A stretch of DNA of 64,000 bases from Eledone cirrhosa (taxonomy: Eukaryota), in NCBI GenBank assembly GCA_964016885.1, contig OZ024741.1:406534001-406598000 (forward strand). The letters run 5' to 3'. The position numbers and the translations under genes are program-made. Shown piece after piece: positions 50,547 through 63,810 of the stretch; positions within the stretch are counted from its first letter, which is position 1, and each line of letters begins with the position of its first letter. Below the pieces are notes generated by a model. That model was not told where the DNA came from. It saw only the letters and a list, made by a program, of their open reading frames with translations, and ran no database searches.

Positions 50547-53500
50547 CGACAATGTCAACACATGTAGGAGTGTGAAGATGTGACAATGTCAACATATATA
50601 GGAGTGGAGAGATGTGATAATGTCAACACATGTAGGAGGGTGAAGATGTGACAATGTCAACATATATAGGAGTGTGGAGATGTGACAATGTCAACATATG
50701 TAGGAGTGCGGAGATGTGACAATGTCAACACATGTAGGCGTGTGGAGATGTGATAATGTCAACATATGTAGGAGTGTGAAGATGTGATAGTGTCAAAATA
50801 TGTAGGAGTGTGGAGATGTGACAATGTCAATATATGTAGGAGTGTGACGATGTGACAATGTCAACATATGTAGGAGTCTGACGATGTGACAATGTCAACA
50901 TATGTAGGAGTGTGAAGATGTGACAATGTCACGTTATGTAGGAGTGTGAAGATGTAACAATGTCAACACATGTAGGAGTGTGAAGATGTGACAATATCAA
51001 CACATGTAGGAGTGTGAAGATGTGACAATGTCAACATATGCAGGAGTGTAAGATGTGACAATGTCAACATATGTAGGAGCGTGGAGATGTAACAATGTCA
51101 ACATATGTAGGAGTGTGAAGATGTGACAATGTCAACATATGTGGAGTGTGAAGATGTGACAATGTCAACATATGTAGGAGTGTGACGATGTGACAATGTC
51201 AACATATGTAGGAGTGTGACGGTGTGACAATGTCAACATATGTAGGAGTGTGAAGATGTGATAATGTCAACATATGTAGGAGTGTGGAGATTTGACAATG
51301 TCAACATATGCAGGAGTGTGAAGATGTGACAATGTCAACATATGTATGAGTGTGGAGATATGACAATGTCAACATATGTAGGATATGAAGATGTGACAAT
51401 GTCAACACATGTAGGAGTGTGAAGATGTGACAATGTCAACATATGTAGGAGTGTGAAGATGTGACAATGTCAACATATGTCGGAGTGTGACGATGTGACA
51501 ATTTCAACACATGTAGGAGTGTGACGATGTAACAATGTCAACACATGTAGGAGTGTGGAAATGTGACCATGTCAACACATGTAGGAGTGTGGAGATGTGA
51601 CAATGTCAACATATGTAGAAGTGTGAAGATGTGACAATGTCAACATATGTAGGAGTGTGGAGATGTGACAATGTCAACATATGTATGAGTGTGGAGATGT
51701 GACAATGTCAACATATGTATGAGTGTGGAGATGTGACAATGTCAACATATTTAGGATTATGAAGATGTGACAATATCAACATATGTAGGAGTATGAAGTT
51801 GTGACAATGTCAACATATGTAGGAGTGTGAAGATGTGACAATGTCAACATATGTAGGAGTGTGAAGATGTGACAATGTCAACATATGTAGGAGTGTGGAG
51901 ATGTGACAATGTCAACATATGTAGGAGTGTGGAGATGTGACAATGTCAACATATGTATGAGTGTGGAGATGTGACAATGTCAACATATGTAGGATATGAA
52001 GATGTGACAATGTCAACATATGTAGGAGTATGAAGTTGTGACAATGTCAACATATGTAGGAGTGTGAAGATGTGACAATGTCAACATATGTAGGAGTCTG
52101 AAGATGTGACAATGTAAACATATGTAGGAGTGTGAAGATGTGACAATGTCAACACATGTAGGTGTGTGGAGATGTGACAATGTCAACATATGTAGGAGTG
52201 TGGAAATGTGACAATGTCAACACATGTAGGAGTGTGGAAATGTGGCAATGTCAACATATGTAGAACTGTGGAGATGTGACAATGTCAGGATATGTAGGGG
52301 TGTGACGACGTGACAATGTCAACATATGTAGGAGTGTCAAGATGTGACAATGTCAACACATGTAGGAGTGTGACGATGTGACAATGTCAACAGATGTAGG
52401 AGTGTGGAGATGTGACAATGTCAACACATGTAGGAGTGTGAAGATGTGACAATGTCAACATATATAGGAGTGTGAAGGTGTGACAATGTCAACATATGTA
52501 GGAGTATGGAGATGTGACAATGTCGACATATGTAGGAGTGTGGAGATGTGACAATGTCAACATATGTAGGAATGTGAAGATGTGTCAATGTCAACATATG
52601 TAGGAGTGTGGAGATGTGACAATGTCAACATATGAAGGAGTGTGGAGATGTGACAATGTCAACATATCTAGGAGGGTGAAGATGTGACAATGTCAACATA
52701 TGTAGGAGTCTGGAGATGTGACAATGTCAACATATGTAGGAGTGTGGAAATTTGACATTGTCAACATATGTAGGAGTGTGAAGTTATGACAATGTCAACA
52801 TATGTGGAGTGTGGAGATGTGACAATGCCAACATATGTAGGAGTGTGGAGATGTAACAATGTCAACATATGTAGGAGTGTGAAGATATGACAATGTCAAC
52901 ATATGTAGGAGTGTGAAGATGTGACAATGTCAACATATGTGGGAGTGTGACGATGTGATAATGTCATTAAATGTAGGAGTGTGGAGATGTGACAATGTCA
53001 ACATATGTAGGAGTGTGGAGATATGACAATGTCAACATATGTAGGATATGAAGATGTGACAATGTCAACACATGTAGGAGTGTGAAGATGTGACAATGTC
53101 AACATATGTAGGAGTGTGAAGATGTGACAATGTCAACATATGTCGGAGTGTGACGATGTGACAATGTCAACATATGTAGGAGTGTGACGATGCGACAATG
53201 TCAACATATATAGGAGTGTGAAGGTGTGACAATGTCAACATATGTAGGAGTATGGAGATGTGACAATGTCAACATATGTAGGAGTGTGGAGATGTGACAA
53301 TGTCAACATATGTAGGAGTGTGAAGATGTGTCAATGTCAACATATGTAGGAGTGTGGAGATGCGACAATGTCAACATATGAAGGAGTGTGGAGATGTGAC
53401 AATGTCAACATATCTAGGAGGGTGAAGATGTGACAATGTCAACATATGTAGGAGTGTGGAGATGTGACAATGTCAACATATGTAGGAGTGTGGAGATTTG

Positions 53501-55540
53501 ACAATGTCAACATATGTATGAGTGTGAAGATGTGACAATGTCAACATATGTGGAGTGTGGAGATGTGACAATGCCAACATATGTAGGAGTGTGGAGATGT
53601 AACAATGTCAACATATGTAGGAGTGTGAAGATGTGACAATGTCAACATATGTAGGAGTGTGAAGATGTGACAATGTCAACATATGTGGGAGTGTCACGAT
53701 GTGATAATGTCATTAAATGTAGGAGTGTGGAGATGTGACAATGTCAACATATGTAGGAGTGTGGAGATGTGACAATGTCAACATATGTAGGATATGAAGT
53801 TGTGACAATGTCAACATATGTAGGAGTGTGGAGATGTGACAATGTCAACATATGTAGGATATGAAGATGTGACAATGTCAACATATGTAGGAGTATGAAG
53901 TTGTGACAATGTCAACATATGTAGGAGTGTGAAGATGTGACAATGTCAACATATGTAGGAGTGTGAAGGTGTGACAATGTCAACATATGTAGGAGTATGG
54001 AGATGTGACAATGTCAACATATGTAGGAGTATGAAGATGTGACAATGTCAACATATGTAGGAGTGTGAAGGTGTGACAATGTCAACATATGTAGGAGTAT
54101 GAAGTTGTGACAATGTCAACATATGTAGGAGTATGAAGATGTGACAATGTCAACATATGTAGGAGTGTGAAGGTGTGACAATGTCAACATATGTAGGAGT
54201 ATGGAGATGTGACAATGTCAACATATGTAGGTGTGTGGAGATGTGACAATGTCAACATATGTAGGAGTGTGAAGATGTGTCAATGTCAACATATGTAGGA
54301 GTGTGGAGATGTGACAATGTCAACATATGAAGGAGTGTGGAGATGTGACAATGTCAACATATCTAGGAGGGGGAAGATGTGACAATGTCAACATATGTAG
54401 GAGTGTGGAGATGTGACAATGTCAACATATGTAGGAGTGTGGAGATGTGACAATGTCAACATATGTAGGAGTGTGAAGATGTGACAATGTCAACATATGT
54501 AGGAGTGTGGAGATGTGACAATGTCAACATAAGTGGAGTGTAAAGATGTGACAATGTCAACATATGTAGGAGTGTGAAGATGTGACAATGTCAACATATG
54601 TGGGAGTGTGACGATGTGATAATGTCATTAAATGTAGGAGTGTGGAGATGTGACAATGTCAACATATGTAGGAGTGTGGAGATGTGACAATGTCAACATA
54701 TGTAGGAGTGTGAAGATGTGATAATGTCAACATATGTAGGAGTGTGGAGATGTGACAATGTCAACATATATAGGAGTGTGAAGATGTGACAATGTCAACA
54801 TATGTAGGAGTGTGGAGATGTGACAATGTCAACATATGTAGGAGTGTGGAGATGTGACAATCTCAACATATGTAGGATATGAAGATGTGACAATGTCAAC
54901 ATATGTAGGAGTATGAAGTTGTGACAATGTCAACATATGTAGGAGTTTGAAGATGTGACAATGTCAACATATGTAGGAGTATGAAGATGTGACAATGTCA
55001 ACATATGTAGGAGTGTGAAGATGTGACAATGTCAACAAATGTAGTAGTGTGAAAATGTGACAATGTCAACACATGTAGGATTGTGAAGATGTGACAATGT
55101 CAACATATGTAGGAGTGTGAAGATGTGACAATGTCAACACATGTAGGAGTGTGGAGATGTGACAATGTCAACACATGTAGGAGTGTGGAAATGTGACCAT
55201 CTCAACACATGTAGATGTAGGAGTGTGGAGATGTGACAATGTCAACATATGTAGGACTGTGGAGATGTGACAATGTCAACATATGTAGGACTGTGGAATT
55301 GTGACAATGTCAACATATGTAGGGGTGTGACAATGTGACAATGTCAACATATGTAGGAGTGTGAAGATGTGACAATGTCAACATATGTAGGAGTGTGACG
55401 ATGTGACAATGTCGACACATTTAGGAGTGTGGAGATGTGACAATGTCAACATATGTAGGAGTGTGAAGATGTGACAATGTCAACATATGTAGGAGTGTGA
55501 AGATGTGACAATGTCAACATATGTAGGAGTGTGAAGATGT
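50547..55540. repeat. 34-bp satellite GATGTGACAATGTCAACATATGTAGGAGTGTG(A/G)A, about 147 copies
   Basis: Period 34 (for example 55441, 55475). No spacers. Confidence 0.98.
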
Positions 55541-56265
55541 ATTTAGAAGTAACCAATGTAATTTAAAAGCAACAAAGACAATTTCGTCCATTATTTTATG
55601 TTTTCTATTCCATTACAAGATATTAGCTATTCTCCATCTTTGGGCAGCTGAAAAATATAAATTTACACTTGCTTATTACGTCTTCCTTTTATCTTCTGTG
55701 TGTGTGCGTGTGGCTGTTTGTATGTATGTGTGTGTTTGTGTGTGTGTGCATGTGTGCATGTGTGTGTGTCTGTGTGTATGCCTGTGTCTATGTGCATGTG
55801 TGTGTCTGTGTGTGTGCGTATGTGTGTATGTGTGCATGTGTGTGTGTGTGTGTGTATGTCTGTGTGTATGTGTGTCTGTGTGTGTGTCTGTGTGCATGTG
55901 TGTATGTGTGTGTGTATGTGTGTATGTCTGTATTATGTGTGTGTGTGTGTGTATGTGTGTATGTGTGTGTGTGTACAGGTGTACATATGTACGTACGTAT
56001 GTAAGTGTGTGTGTATCTACATGTGTGTCTGTGTGTATTAGAAATGATTCGCTGAATATCAAACGAGATTTCAATCGGCGAAACAGAGAAAACTGCAAAT
56101 TCCTTTATATATTTATTTAAATCTCTTTATATAAGAATCTTCTGGAACAATACAGTCTTTGAATTAAGTCAGAGAAACAGGGCCAACAAAAGATCTCATC
56201 AATTTTGGGTGCTCACTGCAGTAATGGAATAACTCCAGACGAAATCTACTGAGTCTTTAAAATGA

Positions 56266-57099
56266 CTAGCAGAAAAACCATCCTTCAGGTGGTTTTCTGC
56301 TAGTATGTGTAGTGTGTATATTGATAGTATACACAGGTATATATACATGTAGATATGATACATGTGTAGTGTGTATATTGATAGTATACACAGGTATATA
56401 TACATGTAGATATGATACATCAAATATAATTGTAATTGACAATATACACAGAAATTGAAAGAAGACTGTGTTACACTGTCTTATGTAATCAGTAACGTAA
56501 TCCATGATACATTAAAAAAGACGATATTATATATAAACTGCATTAGAAGAAAATTAGTGACGGAAATATATGAATGTTTATTTAAGCGATTGCTAACCGG
56601 AAGTGTTGACATTTGAACATTTTAAGGAAATGAATCTTTAAATAAGTAATAAAATATATTTAATGACAGCCACGAAACTTAGTAGATAGATTATGTAATA
56701 TTCATTCATTATTTATTCAAAGTAATCCAACTTATTTTACAAACGGGATAAAAAGAAATATTCTGAACGCAGTCCCACACTCCTTAGTTTATTATAGTTT
56801 AGATTAGCAGAATGGCCCGGCGTTGCTCGGGATTTGCTCTAGGGTTCTTATATATTTGATATATATTTATTCTTATCGGGCCTCGTGAGATAAATAAGTA
56901 TATTTTGTTATTGTATATGCAATAATATCTGTACACGAATATATAATTATATATATATATTAAAATAACAGATTAAAGTTTAAGCAAAGAATCGCTGCTT
57001 TCACCCTTAACGGGATCTTCTGAAACTAAAAAAATCAATCTGTGAACGCAGAAGTAAATATTTCGAAAAACGTTACACACTATATATATATACACACAC

Positions 57100-57188
<89 letters not shown>

Positions 57189-58049
57189 CTATGTCATAAT
57201 GTCGTAATGCAGACAGTCAGACATACAGAGAGATATTATAAGGGCGCAACGTTATATCTATATATCTATCTAAAAAGAGAAAGACTAAGAATTATAGAGA
57301 GAGATCGCTAAATCGCCTAATGCTGTCCCGAGGGCATTGAAAATTTGAAATAATCTTTGCTCAAAACACTCACAGGACCATAAGTATTACATGTGTAAGT
57401 TTGAAAAAACTGGGTTGGGTGATTCTCGAGTTTTAGTGATTGGACTGACAGACAGACAGACAGACATTCTCTGTTTTAGCAATATAGACTAGCAGAAAAC
57501 CAACCAGGGGGGGGCGGTTTTCTGCTAGTCTATATATCTAAAACAGAGAATGTCTGTCTGTCTGTCAGCTCACTAAAACTTGAGAACCATCCAACCGATT
57601 GTTTTCAAACTTTAGACATGTAATACTTATGGTCCTGTGAGTGTTTTGGGCAAAAATTATTTCAAATGTTCAATGCCCTCGGGACCGCATTAGGCGATTT
57701 AGCGTTCTCTCTATATAATTCTTAGTATTTCTTTTTAATAAGATACATAGATATAACGTTGCGCCCTTATAATATCTGTCTGTATGTCTGGCTGTCTGCA
57801 TTACGTCATTATGACGCGCTCAGCGCGATTCCCTCGGCCTCAGTGACCAAAGTCAGTGGAGAGGTGAAGGTAATGTTTCTGTAGCACGTGTTTTAGCGTC
57901 TATTCACTCTCTCTCTCTTCCTCTCTCCCTCCCGCTATCCCCCTCTCGTAGTCTGTCTCTTTCTTTCACTCTCACTCTCTCTCTACGCACGTGTTTCCAC
58001 TGTCGGACAGACAGACAGAGAAATTGCTGGTTATATATATAAGTAGAGA
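56266..58049 (-). mobile_element. Stack of three abutting non-autonomous Helitrons (56266-56803, 56804-57488, 57489-58049)
   Basis: On + each begins (C/T)TAGCAGAA + hairpin and ends ...TAGA/GAGA. Junctions are GA|TTAG and GA|CTAG, with outer A and T. Confidence 0.65.
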
Positions 58050-58534
58050 TAACGAGTATTGCTTGATTTATATTGTTTCATTCTTCTATTTTCTGGTTTA
58101 CTCTCAACGTCTTTTTCATCGTAAGTACAACAGTAATAGTCGCACCCTTCTTAGTCAGTTTTTCTCACATCCGCCATGACGACTAATAAAATCTAGAATC
58201 TACAGACCTACAAACCTACAGAAATAATTGTTTCTACTTTTGGTACAAGGCCAGAAAATACCCCAGTACATTACTGGTACTTTATTTTATCGACCCCGTA
58301 AGGATGGAAGACAAATTTAACCTCGAGGATTTGAACTCAGACCTTAAAGAGACGTAACTATGCTGGAAAGCATGGCGTCCAACCCTCTACCGATACTTTC
58401 TTACCAAAGAAATAATAGAGATATTTACGAGTGTCATATATATAATTAGCTAGTGATACGTGCTTATGCCGTATTTGACTAAATAGAATTAGTCTGTTAG
58501 TTGGGATTTCAATAAACACTCTGGATGGAAAAAA

Positions 58535-58681
58535 GGATGAGTATTGACGTACATGGGACACGAACCCACATCTTTGGTTTGCCGGACCAATGTGTTACCA
58601 TTACACATTCTAAGGGTAACACATTGGTCCAGCATTACACATGTGTAATGGTAACACATTGGTCCAGCAAACCAAAGATGT
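58535..58681. mobile_element. Fold-back of a tRNA-derived SINE head
   Basis: Minus strand TGTAATGGTAACACATTGGTCCGGCAAACCAAAGATGTGGGTTCGTGTCCC (A box, anticodon-like arm, B box) with an inverted copy at 58641-58681. Confidence 0.6.
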
Positions 58682-59352
58682 TAGACCTGGCATACTCACT
58701 TTCACTCTACAACATTCCTTGATTCTCATATGCTGATTTTATCCCCGTTTCTTGCACATTTCAAGCCTGGCAGAGCCCATTCCTCTCCAGGCCTGAGCAC
58801 AGCAGATTTCTTCCAGAGAAAGTTAGAAAGTGAAAGAGAGGAAATTAGAAAGAGATATATAAGAAGAATCGACCCCAGTACTAGACTGGCATTTTTTTTA
58901 TCGTCTTCGAAACGATGAAAGGCAAAGTTGACCCCGGCGGGATTTGAACTGAGAGCACCGGAATACCGTAAACCATTCTATCTGACGTTCTAACCACTCT
59001 ACCAATTCACTATCTATAGTCTAACAATAACCACATCTTAACCAATAATAACACATGCTGTTATTACACTGTTTATTTGGCATTTTGAAACATTATTTCA
59101 CTCTGTTCGTCAAACTGTATCACCTTCCACCTTTTGCTATATCGTTCACTGTTTAAAAGCATCGGTTAAATTATGTTGTTTTTTTCCTTTTCTTTTCTTT
59201 GAATCTATTAAGCATCAGACATACAAACTCAACTGACTTTAATACAACACGGAAATATCTTATATATTATCATGAAGAGCTTGGGGCTCTTAAACAAACT
59301 TAGTTTACTAAGATATGTGTGGGGATATATATATATATATATATATATAAAG

Positions 59353-59510
59353 TAGGAAAAGAGTCAGAAACCCGACGGCAGAGCTTAAGCTATCGAAACT
59401 GCTGGATCTCTGCCGTCGGGGTTCTGACTATTTTCCTATTACCCACTCTACTACCCAAAGTATCGAGTACTCTGATGCGTTATGGTCCACCTGGTTCCTT
59501 ACCACACTTC
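59353..59510. repeat. Hairpin-headed dispersed repeat
   Basis: 31-bp arms at 59353-59383 / 59408-59438. The downstream segment matches 47577-47630 (+) and 63052-63125 (-). Confidence 0.7.
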
Positions 59511-59680
59511 CTGCATGGACACACTGGAAGAGGAAGACCGAGGTTAACATATGTTGATGCCCTAAGGACAGACACTGGTCTGTTGGAGACGCAGGATATG
59601 GCAGCAATGATGAGGGACAGAGACCGCTGGAGAGAACTCGTCCATGGATCTCGGGAATTTTACCCGCCTTAGAATAGAAT
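59510..59680 (+). mobile_element. RTE/RTEX-like LINE 3' end
   Basis: [23 protein letters not shown]....[15 protein letters not shown]. Confidence 0.7.
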
Positions 59681-59723
59681 ATATATATATATATGTATGT
59701 ATATATATATATATATATATGTG

Positions 59724-59821
<98 letters not shown>

Positions 59822-59828
59822 TATATAT

Positions 59829-59956
<128 letters not shown>

Positions 59957-60353
59957 GTGTATATATATATAGAGAGAGAGATATAGATAGGTAAATATAC
60001 ACGGGTGTGTATGATTGTGTATAGAAGAGAGAGAGAGAGAGAGGGGCGCGGGAGAGAGAGATGCATATTTCACATAAACATGTGACCCATAACTTAATCT
60101 CGAGGAAGAATCAGTGATGATCTTTGCGAACACTCTGATCCTTTCAATTTACTGGCTTCTTTCATCCCTTCTGGGCTTTCGTATAGTTTCCGTCTACCAA
60201 GGTGTGTCTAGACACGAGTCTATGGTCGACGATACTCACCAAGGTTTGTATGTAACCCGGAACCGCATTACTTCGAATCAATCTACTTAACCGTTCGGCT
60301 CTGCCATATTCACCTCTTAAACATATGTATATTCTCACTATTCTCACCCCCCC

Positions 60354-60460
<107 letters not shown>

Positions 60461-60463
60461 TAC

Positions 60464-60528
<65 letters not shown>

Positions 60529-60531
60529 CAC

Positions 60532-60672
<141 letters not shown>

Positions 60673-60683
60673 CATATATATAC

Positions 60684-60715
<32 letters not shown>

Positions 60716-60889
60716 TTATATACATATATATATATATATTTGTATACATATATATATATATTAATAAGAGGAATTCCAACTTTGTCTGATTTACTCGTTT
60801 TATTTACAATCCTTTAAAATATATATAATATATATAATATGGTATTATAATGAAATAGTATGATAGAATATTAAATTCTAAGTGTTAAT

Positions 60890-60928
60890 TGAACAAGTAC
60901 TTTCATGCTTTCGCAATCTTCAGGTTCA
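60890..60928 (-). ncRNA. Minimal type I hammerhead ribozyme motif
   Basis: Mirror copy of 61012-61050. Confidence 0.8.
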
Positions 60929-61011
60929 TGATATGTGGTGACAGTCGAGTTTGCAATTTTCAACTGTGATTGCAAGTTGAAAATTGCAAACTCGACTGTC
61001 ACCACATATCA

Positions 61012-61050
61012 TGAACCTGAAGATTGCGAAAGCATGAAAGTACTTGTTCA
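61012..61050 (+). ncRNA. Minimal type I hammerhead ribozyme motif
   Basis: TGAAC-CTGAAGA-T TGC GAAA GCA T-GAAA-GTAC(palindrome)-TT-GTTCA. Confidence 0.85.
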
Positions 61051-61224
61051 ATTAACACTTAGAATTTAATATTCTATCATACTATTTCATTATAATACCA
61101 TATTATATATATTATATATATTTTAAAGGATTGTAAATAAAACGAGTAAATCAGACAAAGTTGGAATTCCTCTTATTAATATATATATATATGTATACAA
61201 ATATATATATATATATGTATATAA

Positions 61225-61256
<32 letters not shown>

Positions 61257-61267
61257 GTATATATATG

Positions 61268-61416
<149 letters not shown>

Positions 61417-61419
61417 GTG

Positions 61420-61486
<67 letters not shown>

Positions 61487-61489
61487 GTA

Positions 61490-61591
<102 letters not shown>

Positions 61592-62036
61592 GGGGGGGGG
61601 TGAGAATATACATATGTTTAAGAGGTGAATATGGCAGAGCCGAACGGTTAAGTAGATTGATTCGAAGTAATGCGGTTCCGGGTTACATACAAACCTTGGT
61701 GAGTATCGTCGACCATAGACTCGTGTCTAGACACACCTTGGTAGACGGAAACTATACGAAAGCCCAGAAGGGATGAAAGAAGCCAGTAAATTGAAAGGAT
61801 CAGAGTGTTCGCAAAGATCATCACTGATTCTTCCTCGAGATTAAGTTATGGGTCACATGTTTATGTGAAATATGCATCTCTCTCTCCCGCGCCCCTCTCT
61901 CTCTCTCTCTCTCTCTAACATCCTCACTCTTTCTTTCTCTCCTTATCCTCCCTTCTCAGACCGTGTAAAATGTATTTCTGTATCACAAGTTAAATAGCTT
62001 TTTTGTGTTGAAATTCACACACGCATACATACATAC

Positions 62037-62150
<114 letters not shown>

Positions 62151-62170
62151 TTCAACACAACAAAGCCATT

Positions 62171-62698
62171 GAAAAAGATAGATTGAGGCGACGGGCGGGT
62201 TGGAATTGGAAAAAATGTCTTTTGATAAAAAATATCAGGTCCATATATATATACATTATTTCTGAAGACGGCGTATATATGAGTTGGTATGTATATTTAA
62301 TTTTGATAGTTTGTATAATTTTGTATAATTTTGTACATAGATCTGTTAAATATACATGCCAATTCTAACACATATATATCCCAGAAACGATCGTTAAATA
62401 ATGAACTTTTTTTGTTTAATATAAGGAACTGTTTCATTGTTTTATTCATTATTTTTTTAATATTTTATCTTGACTCTGTATTCCGTTTATCTTTCACCGA
62501 AAGTGATTTTTCATTGCATCTCTTCTTTCCATGATATCCGGATTACATTGAGTTCTTCATACGGATTGGACACTACCGTAAACTCTTGGTAGATTTATCT
62601 ACATATATATATATATATATATATATGGACCTGTTATTTTTATCGAAAGACATTTTTTTCAATTCCAACCCGCCCGTCCCCTCAATCTATCTTATTTC
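62171..62698. repeat. Fold-back element, arms about 62171-62252 / 62610-62698
   Basis: AGATAGATTGAGG.GACGGGCGGGTTGGAATTG versus CAATTCCAACCCGCCCGTC.CCTCAATCTATCT. Confidence 0.85.
62254..62403 (+). ncRNA. Type I hammerhead motif with a 115-nt extended stem II
   Basis: CATTATTT-CTGAAGA-[long hairpin TTGGTATGTATATTTAA / TTAAATATACATGCCAA]-GAAA-CGATCG-TT-AAATAATG. Stem I is a perfect 8 bp. Confidence 0.75.
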
Positions 62699-62706
62699 TC
62701 ATTCTT

Positions 62707-62742
62707 TCTTCTGATGAAGGACTAGCGTCCAAAACGTTAAGG
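62707..62742 (+). ncRNA. Minimal hammerhead motif with GAAA mutated to AAAA
   Basis: TCTT-CTGATGA-A GGAC TAGC GTCC-AAAA-CG-TT-AAGG. Confidence 0.6.
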
Positions 62743-62831
62743 CCCACTTCCAGCTATATCAAGCGTTAACCTAATATATCCCTTTCATATACTGTACCGA
62801 TTGTGTTGTTATTTCTGTTTACCTTTTACAT

Positions 62832-62911
<80 letters not shown>

Positions 62912-62989
62912 GGATAGTCCTGGCTTCTTACTCTATTTTTTAATTCATATGTATCACATTCGCAACAACGCAGCACGCCATTTTTCATT

Positions 62990-63052
<63 letters not shown>

Positions 63053-63102
63053 CGCACTAGAGTACTCAATACTTAGGGTAGTATAGTGGGTAATAGGAAA
63101 AT

Positions 63103-63212
63103 GTATGACCCCGACGGCAGAGCTCAAGCCGTTTCGACGGTTACTTCTGGACTAAAATTTTAGTCCAGAAATAGCCGTTGAAACGGCTTGAGCTCTGCTG
63201 TCGGGGTCATAC
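63103..63212. repeat. 110-bp near-perfect loopless palindrome
   Basis: Centre CTGGACTAAAA|TTTTAGTCCAG. Arms GTATGACCCCGACGGCAGAGCTCAAGCCGTTTC and its reverse complement. Confidence 0.9.
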
Positions 63213-63350
63213 TTTTTCATATATATATATATTACCCTTGTCTATATTTTTTCTAAATTACCTGCCCCTGCGTGAACTCTCTTGTTATATCCCCAAAGGG
63301 AAAGCACAATCAACCATAGGCAGCTAACTTGGTTATCCATTTTTCTCATG

Positions 63351-63400
63351 ACAGGCTGAAGAAATTGGGGCCCAGAACCCAACGAAACTTGAGTACCTGT
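63351..63400 (+). ncRNA. Type I hammerhead ribozyme motif
   Basis: ACAGG-CTGAAGA-AA TTGGG GCCCAGAA CCCAA C-GAAA-CTTGAG-TA-CCTGT. Truncated mirror copy TCTTCAGCCTGT at 63543-63554. Confidence 0.85.
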
Positions 63401-63479
63401 TTATGTCACTGTTGTAATTATATATACTAAACTCGTCCTATGGAGTGTTCTTACCCTTGGATATTTCCACTAAACATTT

Positions 63480-63511
<32 letters not shown>

Positions 63512-63810
63512 ATACGTTTACTACAGTATTACAGTATAATCCTCTTCAGCCTGTCATGAGAAAAATTGAAAACCAAGTTGACTGCTATGGTTGATTGTGC
63601 TTTCCCTTTGGGGATATAACAAGAGAGTTCACGCAGGTAATTTAGCAAAAAATATAGACAGGGGTAAGATCTAAGGGAGGTAACTCTTGAGAGACCATGG
63701 TCAATTCAGAATGGAAATAGAAGCACAATAATTTCTACTAGCTGACTCCAGGGATCACATTTCACTGAAATACAATATAGTCAGTAACTCCAAAGATACT
63801 TCTGGACCGG

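Noticed and set aside
50547-55540. CRISPR array (34-bp palindromic unit)
   Set aside because: Monomers abut directly with no spacers, in a eukaryotic context.
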